Assembly (NCBI GenBank): GCA_046715355.1
Contig: JBKJZJ010000214.1
Coordinates: 1-60,111, forward strand
From: Allosphingosinicella sp.
Lineage (GTDB): Bacteria > Pseudomonadota > Alphaproteobacteria > Sphingomonadales > Sphingomonadaceae
Direction: 5' to 3'
Length of the DNA: 60,111 nt
Of this stretch, positions 28,352 through 38,878 are shown piece after piece (position 1 is the first letter of the stretch; every line of letters starts with the position of its first letter). Made by a program: the position numbers and the translations under genes. A model generated the notes under the pieces. It was not told where the DNA came from and searched no databases. It saw only the letters and a program-made list of their open reading frames with translations.

Positions 28352-31300
28352 GTGACGACAGTGGCTGGCAGTTTCTACGAACAACCGATCCTCAATTCTC
28401 CATATAAGATTCCGACTCTGCACCACCCTCTGGATGATCACGGCCAGCCGATCGATGAGCCGCCGGTTCAGGGGCGCCGTCCCTCGAAGTTCGTCGTCCC
28501 GGTCCCGAAGTCGCGAAAAAAGGCGTCCGCCGCTCAGGGCCTGCTGGACCTGGAGAGCTACACCGAAAACGCCCTGATCAACGAGATCCGATCCTATGTC
28601 GGCGCCTGGCGCGACATCCCCAATGCCGCGGACTGGGGAGTGACGCCGCCCACCGCCCGCCTCCTCGATTATTGGCGCAACCACGATTTCTCAAACGTCC
28701 GCCCCTTCTTTTGCCAGGTTGAGGCGGTCGAAACGATCATCTGGCTCACCGAGGTGGCGCCGAAGCGCGCCGCGACGAAGCAGCTGATCGATCAACTCCA
28801 GCAGGCGAATAAGGAGGCCAATCCCGAGTTGTTCCGGCTGGCCCTGAAGATGGCGACCGGGTCGGGCAAGACGACGGTCATGGCGATGCTGATTGCCTGG
28901 CAGACGGTGAATGCGGTCAGGAAGCCGGATTCCGGCCAGTTCAGCCGCGCCTTCCTCATCATCACGCCGGGCATCACTATCAAGGATCGCCTCAGGGTGC
29001 TGATGCCGGAAGACCCCGATAATTATTACGTAACGCGCGAGCTCGTTCCGCCGGAAGTGATCGGCGAAGTGCGCAAGGCCGAAATCGTCATCACCAATTA
29101 CCACGCCTTCCAACACCGGGAGACGCTCCAGGCGCCTAAGGTCGCCAAGGGCCTCCTCCAAGGCAACGACCCGGAGCCTATCAAAACGACGGAGAGTGAC
29201 GGCGAGATGCTCCAGCGCGCATGCGGGAAGCTGCTCAGCTTCCGCAACGTCAACGTCATCAGCGACGAGGCCCATCACTGCTATCGCCACAAGATCGGCG
29301 GCGATGAAGAGGCGATCGCGGCGGAGGAGCGCGAGGAGGCGAAGGAAAATGAAGAGGCTGCCCGGCTCTGGATCAGCGGCATCGAAGCGCTGAAGCGCAA
29401 AGCCGGCGTCCGGGGCGTCTACGATTTGTCAGCGACGCCCTTCTTCCTGCGCGGCTCCGGCTATCCGGAAGGCTATCTGTTCCCCTGGGTGGTTTCAGAC
29501 TTCAGCCTGATGGACGCGATCGAATGCGGGATCGTGAAGCTCCCCCGCGTCCCGGTCGCGGACAATCTCCCGAACCGAGAGGATCTGGTCTATCGCCACC
29601 TCTGGAAGCATGTCGGCAAGGACATGCCGAAGACCGCTGCGGCGGCCGGCAAGCTCAGCCCGTTCGATCTCCCCAACGAGCTGCAGACCGCGCTCTACGC
29701 CCTCTACAGCCATTACGAGAAGACCTTCGAGCTATGGCGCTCGGAAGGGATCGGCGTGCCGCCGGTATTCATCGTCGTCTGCCAGAACACCGCGATCTCG
29801 CGCCTCATCTTCGAATGGATCTCCGGCTTCGAACGCGAGCCCGGCGAGAAAGGTGATGAGCGCGCGGCCTTCCACACCGGCCACCTCGAGCTGTTCCGCA
29901 ATTATGACGAGCATGGCGGCCGGCTGCCAAGGCCGCGGACACTCCTGATCGACTCTCGTCAGATCGAGGCCGGCGACGCGCTCGATGCGAGGTTCCGCGA
30001 GATGGCGGGCCCGGAGATCGAGCAGTTCAAGCGCGAGCTGGCGCAGCGGGGCGGCGCCGGCAGCGTCGGCCAGATGATCAGCGACGAAGAATTGCTTCGC
30101 GAGGTCATGAACACAGTCGGCCGCGAGGGCCGGCTCGGCGAGCAGGTCCGCTGCGTCGTCTCGGTATCCATGCTGACCGAGGGCTGGGACGCGAACACCG
30201 TCACCCACATTCTCGGCGTGCGCGCGTTCGGCACGCAGCTGCTGTGCGAGCAGGTGGTCGGCCGCGGCCTCCGCCGCCAGTCCTACGAGCTCAACGAGGA
30301 TGGCCTGTTCGACGTCGAATATGCCGACGTCATGGGCATTCCGTTCGACTTCACCGGCAAGCCGCAGGTGGCGCGGCCGACCAAACCGAAGCCTGTGACC
30401 CGAGTTCACGCGATCCGCGAGCGCTCCGAGCTTGAGATCGCCTTCCCGCGCGTCACCGGCTATCGCCGCGATCTGCCCGAGGAGCGGCTGACGGCCGAGT
30501 TCAGCAAAGATTCGACGCTGGAGATCACGCCGGAAGACATCGGCCCCACCAAGGTCTTCATGGAGGGCATCGTCGGCGAGAGCGTGGTGATCACGCCGGA
30601 GGTACTCGAAGGCCTGCGCCCATCGACGATCAGCTTCAACCTTGCCAAGCACCTCCTCTACACCTGCTTCAAGGATGAGGACGGCGTACCTAAGCAGCAT
30701 CTCTTCCCGCAAATCCAGCGCATCGCCCGCCGCTGGATCGACGAAGGCTATCTGGTCACCAAGGGGGTGCCGGCCGGCGCGATCCTCTATCTCGACCAGC
30801 TCTCCCGCGCGGCGGAGCGGATCGACATGGCCTGCAACCGCGGCGCCGGCGAGCGTGCGCAGATCAAGGCGATCCTCGATCCCTACAATCCGCGAGGCTC
30901 GACCCGCCACGTCAACTTCATCACCTCCAAGGCGTGTCAGGCGACCGGCGCGACCCCGCCCAAGAGCCAAATCAGCCACGTCGTGCTCGACAGCGGCTGG
31001 GAGGGGCAGATGGCGAACGTGTTCGAAACCCATCCGCGCGTGATCGCTTATGCAAAGAATCAGGGCATGGGTTTCGAAGTGCCCTATCAGGACGGCGGCC
31101 TCTCGCGCCGCTACGCGCCGGACTTTATCGTACGCCTAGACGACGGCGGCGCCGAGCCGCTCAACCTCGTCCTCGAGGTCAAAGGCTTCCGCGGCGAGAA
31201 CGCCAAGGCCAAGGCCGAGACGATGCGCGAGTTCTGGGTGAAGGGCGTCAACGCGCTCGGCAGCTTCGGCCGCTGGGATTTCGCGGAGTTCAGCGACTGG

Positions 31301-31357
31301 GCGCTGATGGACGAGGATTTCGCGAAGCTGGTCGAGAGGTTGGTGGGAGAGAAATGA
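28352..31357 (+). CDS. res: Type III restriction enzyme Res subunit (SF2 helicase plus nuclease)
   Basis: KMATGSGKT, DEAHH, SATP, MLTEGWD, QVVGRGLRR, C-terminal PDFIV...LEVKG. Confidence 0.93.
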   Translation: MTTVAGSFYEQPILNSPYKIPTLHHPLDDHGQPIDEPPVQGRRPSKFVVPVPKSRKKASAAQGLLDLESYTENALINEIRSYVGAWRDIPNAADWGVTPPTARLLDYWRNHDFSNVRPFFCQVEAVETIIWLTEVAPKRAATKQLIDQLQQANKEANPELFRLALKMATGSGKTTVMAMLIAWQTVNAVRKPDSGQFSRAFLIITPGITIKDRLRVLMPEDPDNYYVTRELVPPEVIGEVRKAEIVITNYHAFQHRETLQAPKVAKGLLQGNDPEPIKTTESDGEMLQRACGKLLSFRNVNVISDEAHHCYRHKIGGDEEAIAAEEREEAKENEEAARLWISGIEALKRKAGVRGVYDLSATPFFLRGSGYPEGYLFPWVVSDFSLMDAIECGIVKLPRVPVADNLPNREDLVYRHLWKHVGKDMPKTAAAAGKLSPFDLPNELQTALYALYSHYEKTFELWRSEGIGVPPVFIVVCQNTAISRLIFEWISGFEREPGEKGDERAAFHTGHLELFRNYDEHGGRLPRPRTLLIDSRQIEAGDALDARFREMAGPEIEQFKRELAQRGGAGSVGQMISDEELLREVMNTVGREGRLGEQVRCVVSVSMLTEGWDANTVTHILGVRAFGTQLLCEQVVGRGLRRQSYELNEDGLFDVEYADVMGIPFDFTGKPQVARPTKPKPVTRVHAIRERSELEIAFPRVTGYRRDLPEERLTAEFSKDSTLEITPEDIGPTKVFMEGIVGESVVITPEVLEGLRPSTISFNLAKHLLYTCFKDEDGVPKQHLFPQIQRIARRWIDEGYLVTKGVPAGAILYLDQLSRAAERIDMACNRGAGERAQIKAILDPYNPRGSTRHVNFITSKACQATGATPPKSQISHVVLDSGWEGQMANVFETHPRVIAYAKNQGMGFEVPYQDGGLSRRYAPDFIVRLDDGGAEPLNLVLEVKGFRGENAKAKAETMREFWVKGVNALGSFGRWDFAEFSDWALMDEDFAKLVERLVGEK

Positions 31358-32271
31358 TGGCGAAGCGGGCGAGATATTCTGCCACCGACGAAAACCTGCT
31401 CAACCACGCGCTGGAACCGGCGATGCGATGGTTGATTGCGGTTGCCTTGGACGGGTCGACGATCACCTACGGCGACGTGAAGGAGAAACTGGAGACGGAG
31501 GAGAGCTTCTCGACGGTCTTCGCGACGCGGATCGGATTGGTGGCGGGCGAACTGATGCACAAGATCCAGTCGGTCGAGCCAAACGCGCCCTTGATCAACG
31601 TTCTGGTCGTCAATCAGGAGGATCGCCAGCCGAGCAAAGGCGCGGGATCGTTCATGGCAAACCGGTTTGGCAACGAACGGCTCCGCGCGAAATCGGCCAA
31701 GAAGCGCTATCCCAAGCTGTGGAGGCGTAGCTTCGAGCGCGCCGCCGGGGAGGCCTACAAATATAACGAGAAGGACTGGGCGGATCTGTATCGGCGCGTT
31801 TTCAAGCGCCGTCTGACCATCGACAAGATCGAGCACGAGCGGAAGGAACGGCAGCAAGGTCGTGAAAAGGACGGGATCCAATATGGCCGCGGCGGGGGTG
31901 AGGGTCCGTTCCACAAGGCCCTGAGGCTCTGGGTCAAGGACAATCCGCAAGCGGTGCGCCGCGGCTTCGCCAGCGCGCGCGCCGAAACCGAGGTCGATCT
32001 GGATTCCGGCGACCGCATTGACGCCGTCTATTATTGCGCCGACCGCACGGTCGTCCTTGAGGTAAAATCACGCATTTCCAACGAGGTGGATTTGAAGCGC
32101 GGCGTATATCAGTGCATCAAATATCGCGCCGTCAAGAAGGCCATGGACGTTCGGGACGATGCCGTCGTCGAAGCCTATCTCGTGACCGAGGATGACATTC
32201 CGGGCGAGATTGCCGCCCTATTGAAACGCCACAAGATCAGGCATTACCAGGCCGCCCAAGTGAGAAAATAA
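31354..32271 (+). CDS. Putative PD-(D/E)xK nuclease with N-terminal HTH-like domain
   Basis: ITYGDV N-terminus; E-x6-DRIDAV...VLEVKS...RGVYQCIKY. Confidence 0.72.
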   Translation: MMAKRARYSATDENLLNHALEPAMRWLIAVALDGSTITYGDVKEKLETEESFSTVFATRIGLVAGELMHKIQSVEPNAPLINVLVVNQEDRQPSKGAGSFMANRFGNERLRAKSAKKRYPKLWRRSFERAAGEAYKYNEKDWADLYRRVFKRRLTIDKIEHERKERQQGREKDGIQYGRGGGEGPFHKALRLWVKDNPQAVRRGFASARAETEVDLDSGDRIDAVYYCADRTVVLEVKSRISNEVDLKRGVYQCIKYRAVKKAMDVRDDAVVEAYLVTEDDIPGEIAALLKRHKIRHYQAAQVRK

Positions 32272-32274
32272 CGA

Positions 32275-35217
32275 ATGGCCCGCACCCCCAAAGGCCCGAA
32301 GAAGGTCGGCACGCTGACGCATGAGAAGGCGCGGCGGCTCAATATTCCGACCGCGGAGATGGAGAGCTTCTTCCTGCGTCAGGAGGACGTCTCGCCGCGC
32401 GAACCCGCCCGCTACGAACGCGCCCGGCCGCTGGCGCAGGGCGAGACGCGCGACCGCGATGAGAGCCTCGATCCGCAGATCGTCTGGAACGGCGCCCGCA
32501 TCCGCCTGACCAAGGCGCAGGTCGCGCAACTCGCCGATAAGGGCGAGGTCGAGATCGGCGACGCGCAGCTCGTTTGGCGCGGCAAGGACGCGCAGGATTG
32601 GTCCGACCTCATCGTCCAGGTGCCGCCGCTCTACATCCAGGAGAAGGTCCACCCCAAGGCGATCATCGACGACCTCAAGCGCCGCAGCGACAGCGCGCGC
32701 GAGGCGGCGACCGACGCGCCCGACATGTTCGCCGATTTCAACGGCCTGCCCAAGGACTGGATGGAGGAAGGCTTCTACCAGCACGACCAGAATTGGTCGA
32801 ACCGGATGATCCTCGGCGACAGCCTGCAGGTGATGGCGAGCCTCGCGGAGCGCGAGGCGCTGCGCGGCAAGGTCCAGTGCATCTATTTCGATCCGCCCTA
32901 CGGGATCAAATTCGCCTCCAACTGGCAGGTCTCGACCCAGAACCGCGGCGTTAGGGACGGCAAGCAGGCCGACATCTCGCGCGAGCCCGAGCAAGTGAAG
33001 GCCTTCCGCGACACCTGGAAGGACGGCGTCCACTCCTACCTCACCTATCTGCGCGACCGGCTGACGGCGATGCGGGATTTGCTGACCGAGAGCGGATCGA
33101 TCTTTGTGCAGATTAGCGACGAAAACGTCCATCGCGTTCGCTCGCTTTTGGACGAGATATATGGCGAAAAGAACTTCGCCGGCCTTATTTACTTTCTAAA
33201 GACGACAGGAAAAGGAAGTAAATTTGTTGATGCCTCGGGCGATTATATTGTTTGGTATGCCAAGAATGCCCAAGCCGCCAAGGTACGGGCACTCTATAAA
33301 ACACGATCAGCCCAAACCATCGAAGATCAGTACAACATGGCTTCGATCGGCAATTTGACGTATCGTCGACTGTCGAAAGATGAAATTGGTAATCCGAATG
33401 ATTTGGATCCGTCGTTGCGTCGATTCATGCCATCGTCTGTGTATTCTGACAGCGGGGGGCAAACGACGAGCTTCGAATATGAGCTGGAGGGGAGGACCTT
33501 TCGTTCGCTTCCGGGATATTTCTGGAGGACGCCGACGGGAGGAATGGACCGCCTAAAGAAGGCCAGCCGCCTCGCGGTCGTAGGCAACTACATCCGGTAT
33601 CGCATGTATGCGGATGATTATCCGATCGTGAAAGTCACGAACTACTGGGATGATGTGCGGGCGGGCGGGTTCGGCGATTCCAAGATTTATGTTGTCCAGA
33701 CCGCCTCGGACGTAATTCAGCGCTGCCTGCTGATGGCCACAGACCCTGGCGATCTAGTCTTCGATCCCACATGCGGTTCGGGCACAACTGCCTTCGTCGC
33801 TGAACAATGGGGCCGGCGCTGGATCACGATCGACACCAGCCGGGTGGCGCTGGCGCTGGCGCGGACTCGGCTGATGGCAGCGCGCTATCCCTGGTATCTG
33901 CTCGCCGACAGCCGGGAAGGCGCTGCCAAGGAAGGCGAACTCACTGGCCGCGCGCCTGAAGATCGGACCTTCGCGAACGATATTCGCCAAGGCTTCGTCT
34001 ATGATCGCGTCCCGCACATTACACTGAGATCGATCGTCAACAACGGTCGGATCGACGACATTTGGGAGGAATGGCAGGTGACCCTCGAGCCGCTGCAGGC
34101 GGCGGTCAACACTGCGCTCGGCGAGAGCTGGGAGGAATGGCAGATTCCGCGCAAGGCGGATGAGGCTTGGCCAGCATCTGCTAAGGCCGACCACGCCGCC
34201 TGGTGGGGGGCGCGCATCGCCCGCCAGAATGAGATTGATTCTGTAGTCGCTCAGGCTGCCAAGGCAGATGCTGAATATCTCTACGACAAGCCCTATCCCG
34301 ATCCGAACCGCGTCCGCGTTGCCGGGCCGTTCACGGTCGAGAGCCTTTCGCCGCACCGGGTCATGCCGGCGAGCGAGGCCGAGCTGATCGAGGAGGTCGA
34401 TGCGGCTGCGGGCAAGCGCGTCCGCGAGGCGGGGCCGGAATCCGATTTCGCCCAGATCGTAATCGAGCATCTCAAGACCGCCGGCGTCCACCAGCACGAG
34501 AAAGGCGACCGGATCGCCTTCGAAAGCGTCGCGCCCTGGCCCGGCAACTGGATCGGCGCCGAGGCGACCTTCCTCGAAGGGCCCGAAGGCGCGCAGGTCG
34601 AGCGCCGCGCCGCGATCTTCATCGGCCCGGAGTTCGGCACCGTCGGCCGCTCCGATCTCGTCGCCGCCGCGCGCGAGGCGGTCGACGCGCGCTTCGACCT
34701 CGTCATCGCCTGCGCGTTCAATTTCGACGCCCATTCGTCCGAGCTCGGCGGGCTCGGTGCGCTCCGCATCGTCAAGGCGCGGATCAACCCCGACATGCAC
34801 ATGGCCGGCGAACTCAAGAATACCGGCAAGGGCAATATGTTCGTCGTCTTCGGCGAGCCCGACATCGACATATTGGACGAGGGCGGCGAGACCATCCAGG
34901 TCCGCGTCAACGGCGTCGACGTGTTCGATCCCAATACCGGCGAGATCCGCTCCAACGACACCAAGGGCGTCGCCGCCTGGTTCGTCGATACCGACTATAA
35001 CGAAGAGAGCTTCTTCGTCCGCCACGCTTACTTCCTCGGCGCCAACGACCCCTACAAGAACCTCAAGACCGCGCTCCGCGCCGAGATCGACGAGGAAGCA
35101 TGGAGCACGCTCTACAGCGACACCTCACGGCCGTTCGCGCGGCCGGACGGGGGTCGGATCGCGGTCAAGGTGATCAATCACTTCGGCGATGAGGTGATGA
35201 AGGTGTTCGCAGTTTAG
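32275..35217 (+). CDS. mod: Type III R-M DNA methyltransferase Mod subunit
   Basis: GDSLQVM, YFDPPYG, FDPTCGSGTT; beta-class motif order. Confidence 0.93.
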   Translation: MARTPKGPKKVGTLTHEKARRLNIPTAEMESFFLRQEDVSPREPARYERARPLAQGETRDRDESLDPQIVWNGARIRLTKAQVAQLADKGEVEIGDAQLVWRGKDAQDWSDLIVQVPPLYIQEKVHPKAIIDDLKRRSDSAREAATDAPDMFADFNGLPKDWMEEGFYQHDQNWSNRMILGDSLQVMASLAEREALRGKVQCIYFDPPYGIKFASNWQVSTQNRGVRDGKQADISREPEQVKAFRDTWKDGVHSYLTYLRDRLTAMRDLLTESGSIFVQISDENVHRVRSLLDEIYGEKNFAGLIYFLKTTGKGSKFVDASGDYIVWYAKNAQAAKVRALYKTRSAQTIEDQYNMASIGNLTYRRLSKDEIGNPNDLDPSLRRFMPSSVYSDSGGQTTSFEYELEGRTFRSLPGYFWRTPTGGMDRLKKASRLAVVGNYIRYRMYADDYPIVKVTNYWDDVRAGGFGDSKIYVVQTASDVIQRCLLMATDPGDLVFDPTCGSGTTAFVAEQWGRRWITIDTSRVALALARTRLMAARYPWYLLADSREGAAKEGELTGRAPEDRTFANDIRQGFVYDRVPHITLRSIVNNGRIDDIWEEWQVTLEPLQAAVNTALGESWEEWQIPRKADEAWPASAKADHAAWWGARIARQNEIDSVVAQAAKADAEYLYDKPYPDPNRVRVAGPFTVESLSPHRVMPASEAELIEEVDAAAGKRVREAGPESDFAQIVIEHLKTAGVHQHEKGDRIAFESVAPWPGNWIGAEATFLEGPEGAQVERRAAIFIGPEFGTVGRSDLVAAAREAVDARFDLVIACAFNFDAHSSELGGLGALRIVKARINPDMHMAGELKNTGKGNMFVVFGEPDIDILDEGGETIQVRVNGVDVFDPNTGEIRSNDTKGVAAWFVDTDYNEESFFVRHAYFLGANDPYKNLKTALRAEIDEEAWSTLYSDTSRPFARPDGGRIAVKVINHFGDEVMKVFAV

Positions 35218-35228
35218 GGAATACGAGA

Positions 35229-36140
35229 TTGTTCAATCTTATCATAAGCGGAGCAGCGGACGCCTGGGAGGGAGAACCTTACCAGCTCCCCAGAAGCCGC
35301 ATATTTGAATATACAGATGAAGCGATCTCGGCGCGATTCAAAGAACTTACAGCCGAGCAACTTGCACATCTCTATGAGTTGCCAACTCTGTTCGCCTATG
35401 AACGCGGCAGGGAACGGCCGGCTCGCGTGGGCAATGTCAGAAGAGTCCGGATCAGGCAGCGTGAAGTCCAGATAGAATATCAATTCCGCGACGATCTGCC
35501 AGAGATCCCGCATGAGACGATCGAGGCTCTAAAGTGGCAGCTCGATATTGAGGATTTTGAGTTCTACCGGACGCACTGGGCGGTCAAGGATGTCGATCTC
35601 CTCGAGGCCTTGGGCGAGGGCGGGGTTGATGTCGGGCAGGTGGCACGTGAGCCCGAAAATGAGGAGGAGGTGGCCGATCTTCCTCGGGCTGTCGCGATAC
35701 CCGTGCAGCCAAAGGTCTTCCGGGTTCCGGATGATCCGATCGATCCCACTCTGGTAGCCGTCATGGGTCCCTTCGACGCCAGTTTCGATGCGATGTTTGC
35801 AGCCGTGGAGCGAGCAGCAGCGGATGTTGGATTGCACAGTCTCAATGCGCGGCAGGTCTGGGATGCAGAGGAGCTGATCCAGGACATATTTGCGCTAATC
35901 TATCGCTCCAGAATGGTTGTCTGCGATTTCTCAGGCCAGAACGCGAATGTGTTCTACGAAGCGGGTATCGCGCATACGATGGGCAAGGTCGTTATTCCAA
36001 TTGCACAAGCGATAGGGGACTTGCCCTTCGATCTTCGCCATCATCGCGCGCTGATCTATCGAAATGATCCCGCAGGCCTTGAGGAGCTTGTCCGTATCGT
36101 CGGCAGGCGGATGCGGAAAGTGGCCGAAGCGCCTCTATGA
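35229..36140 (+). CDS. Protein with C-terminal nucleoside 2-deoxyribosyltransferase/TIR-like domain
   Basis: VMGPF...VCDFSGQNANVFYEAGIAH...LPFDLRH. Confidence 0.78.
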   Translation: MFNLIISGAADAWEGEPYQLPRSRIFEYTDEAISARFKELTAEQLAHLYELPTLFAYERGRERPARVGNVRRVRIRQREVQIEYQFRDDLPEIPHETIEALKWQLDIEDFEFYRTHWAVKDVDLLEALGEGGVDVGQVAREPENEEEVADLPRAVAIPVQPKVFRVPDDPIDPTLVAVMGPFDASFDAMFAAVERAAADVGLHSLNARQVWDAEELIQDIFALIYRSRMVVCDFSGQNANVFYEAGIAHTMGKVVIPIAQAIGDLPFDLRHHRALIYRNDPAGLEELVRIVGRRMRKVAEAPL

Positions 36141-38179
36141 ACCTCCTCCTCGCCGACACCTTCACCGCCGCGCTCGCGAAGCTGCCGGCGCAGGAGGCCA
36201 AGGCGGTGAAGACGACGGTGTTCGACCTCCAGCTCGACCCGACCGGCAAAGGCCATTCCTTCCACCGGATAGAACGCTCCAAGGACCCCAATTTCTGGTC
36301 CGTCCGCGTCAATCGCGACCTTCGGCTGATCGTCCACAAGACCGGCGACAGCCTGCTCGTCGCCTATGTCGGGCATCACGATCCCGCTTATGCCTGGGCC
36401 GAGCGGCGCCGGATCGAGGCGCATCCCAAGACCGGTGCGATCCAGATCGTCGAGGTGCGCGAACTGGTCGAGGAGGTGGCGGCGCCGGGGGCTCCAACGC
36501 TAGATTTGGCCGAGGCCCCTCAAGCCCCCCAGCCGATCTTCGCTGCGCTCGATGACGAATCACTGCTAGCGGTCGGTGTCCCTGCGGATTGGCTCGGCGA
36601 TGTCCGCCGTGCCTGCGAGGACGAGTTCTTCGCGCTCGCCGCGCATCTTCCCGGCGAGGCTGCCGAGGCGTTGCTGGAATATGCCGCGAGTGGGCAATTG
36701 CCGGTCCCGCCCGCCATGGCCCACGCCGACCCCTATCGGCATCCGGACGCGCTCCGCCGGATCCGGCCGATCGCCGACCAGGAGGAGCTCGAGCAGGCTT
36801 TGTCGTTCCCTTGGGAGAAATGGGGGGTCTTCCTACATCCCGCGCAGCGTGGGGCGGTCGACCAGGATCACACGGGGCCGGCGCGCGTCGCCGGTTCGGC
36901 CGGGACGGGCAAGACTGTCGTCGCGCTTCACCGCGCGGTCCGCCTTGCCCGAGCGAACCCGCGCGCCCGCCTCCTGCTCGCCACCTTTTCCGATCCACTC
37001 GCCGACGCGCTTCGCAAGAAGCTCGGCGTACTGGCACCCGAGACCGGAGGGGTCGTCCAGCGGATCACGGTCGCATCCTTCCGTGGCATCGCCGAGCAGC
37101 TCTTCCAGCTCACCCACGGACGACGGCCGCGGATCGCGCCCGAAACGCTGTTGCGTCCACTGCTGTGCCGGTTCGCCGAGGAAGTCGGCGTGCGCGGTTT
37201 CTCGGAGCGCTTCCTGCTGTCCGAATGGACGCACGTGATCGATGCCTGGGAAATCCGCAGCGGCGAAGCTTATGCACAGGTGCAGCGCATGGGCCGTAAG
37301 AGCCGGCTCGGCCCCAGTCAGCGCGCGCGACTATGGCCCGTGTTCGATTCCGTGCGACGCGAGATCGATGGCCAGGGGCACACAAGCTGGGCGCGAGTGT
37401 TCACTGAGCTGGCGGAGTCCTATGCCGAGAAGACCGAAAAGCCATTCGATCACATCCTTATCGACGAGGCGCAGGATCTCGGACCGGCCGAGCTTCGCTT
37501 CTTTGCCGCGATCGCGCCCAGTGGCGACAACGGCTTGTTCTTCTCGGGCGACCTGGGGCAGCGCATCTTCCAACATCCTTATTCCTGGAAGAGTCTCGGC
37601 GTAGACGTGCGCGGCCGATCGTCGACCTTGAAGGTCTGTTACCGGACGTCTCAGCAGATCCGGGCGGCCAGCGACCGCCTCCTCCCACCACGCTTGCGCG
37701 ACGTGGACGGACTGGAGGACGAGCGGCTCGGGACGATCTCGGTCTTCGACGGCCCGCCGCCCCAGGTAGAGCTTTGCGCCGACGAGGCAGCTGAAACGCA
37801 AGTTGTCGCCGCCTTCCTCAAGTCGGTTTGCGACGACGGGGTCGCAGCCGAGGAGACCGGGGTTTTCGTTCGCACGCCACAGCAGGTTGAGCGGGCGAAG
37901 GCGGCAATCGCATGTGCCGGCCTGGAGGAGGCTCCTGCGATCAGCGTCATGCATTTGGCCAAGGGGCTCGAGTTCAGAGCCGTGGCAGTGATGGCTTGCG
38001 ACGAGGGCGTGCTTCCGCTCGACGAGCGGGTCGCCGACGCCGCGGACGAGGCAGAGCTGGACGACATCTACGAAACGGAGCGCCGGCTCCTGTACGTGGC
38101 CTGCACACGGGCTCGCGATCGGCTCCTGGTTTGTGGCGTGAAACCAGGATCTGAGTTTCTAAGAGACCTGAGGGGATAA
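36137..38179 (+). CDS. UvrD-like SF1 helicase with N-terminal RelE-like domain
   Basis: N-terminal FWSVRVNRDLRLIV...YVGHHD; GSAGTGKT, IDEAQD, AKGLEF, LLYVACTRAR. Confidence 0.9.
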   Translation: MNLLLADTFTAALAKLPAQEAKAVKTTVFDLQLDPTGKGHSFHRIERSKDPNFWSVRVNRDLRLIVHKTGDSLLVAYVGHHDPAYAWAERRRIEAHPKTGAIQIVEVRELVEEVAAPGAPTLDLAEAPQAPQPIFAALDDESLLAVGVPADWLGDVRRACEDEFFALAAHLPGEAAEALLEYAASGQLPVPPAMAHADPYRHPDALRRIRPIADQEELEQALSFPWEKWGVFLHPAQRGAVDQDHTGPARVAGSAGTGKTVVALHRAVRLARANPRARLLLATFSDPLADALRKKLGVLAPETGGVVQRITVASFRGIAEQLFQLTHGRRPRIAPETLLRPLLCRFAEEVGVRGFSERFLLSEWTHVIDAWEIRSGEAYAQVQRMGRKSRLGPSQRARLWPVFDSVRREIDGQGHTSWARVFTELAESYAEKTEKPFDHILIDEAQDLGPAELRFFAAIAPSGDNGLFFSGDLGQRIFQHPYSWKSLGVDVRGRSSTLKVCYRTSQQIRAASDRLLPPRLRDVDGLEDERLGTISVFDGPPPQVELCADEAAETQVVAAFLKSVCDDGVAAEETGVFVRTPQQVERAKAAIACAGLEEAPAISVMHLAKGLEFRAVAVMACDEGVLPLDERVADAADEAELDDIYETERRLLYVACTRARDRLLVCGVKPGSEFLRDLRG

Positions 38180-38513
38180 ACGGGCGCCGATGGCGGGTGA
38201 GGAGGCGTTAGTCGGTATCAAGCCAAGTGGGTCGTGGGTTAGAATGTGGGATTGAATGCCAGACCGAACCGATATGTCCTGTAACCTCATGGAGCTAAGC
38301 CAATTCGTCAGGTGGATGATATATCCACCGGACGGGGGACCGGTGTCCAGACGAAGGTCGCACGAATGACCGCAATTGGCCGATAGCGGAACGGCAGCTT
38401 TGGGGCGGCGTCAACGGAACACAGACGTTATCATGCGGCCAGCGCCAGTGGCCGCTTGGCGGAAACCCACGCTTAAGGAATTTGGGCTAACACCCCGACA
38501 AGGGAGGCCGGTC

Positions 38514-38789
38514 GTGCGACTAGTCGTAATGAGAAAGGGCGGCGGCGGCAAGGTCGCGGTTAATCCGGAGCTGGTGACATATGTTCGCTCAGCCAACGGC
38601 GCCTTCACCGACATCTTCTTCGACGGCCAGCAGGTGGCGGTTGAGGGCACGTTTGAGGAGGTGGTGCGTCAGCTCGCTATCCCGGAGCGGCGGGAGGCCC
38701 CGCTTCCGGACCTTCGCGCAAGCGACAACAGCTCGGTTGTCCTCCGCATCGGGCCAGAAGGGCGGGGCCAGCCATTGTCCGGTCGATAG
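38514..38789 (+). CDS. Small FlbD-like protein
   Basis: RBS agggagg; GKVAVNPELVTYV...AVEGTFEEVVRQL resembles the FlbD pattern. Confidence 0.55.
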   Translation: MRLVVMRKGGGGKVAVNPELVTYVRSANGAFTDIFFDGQQVAVEGTFEEVVRQLAIPERREAPLPDLRASDNSSVVLRIGPEGRGQPLSGR

Positions 38790-38878
38790 TCCTGACAGAT
38801 GATGATGGCTCACTCCCGCCAGCCATACCCTTATCAACACCGCCACGAGCTGCACGCAAGCACCGGGTGGGCCCCGCT

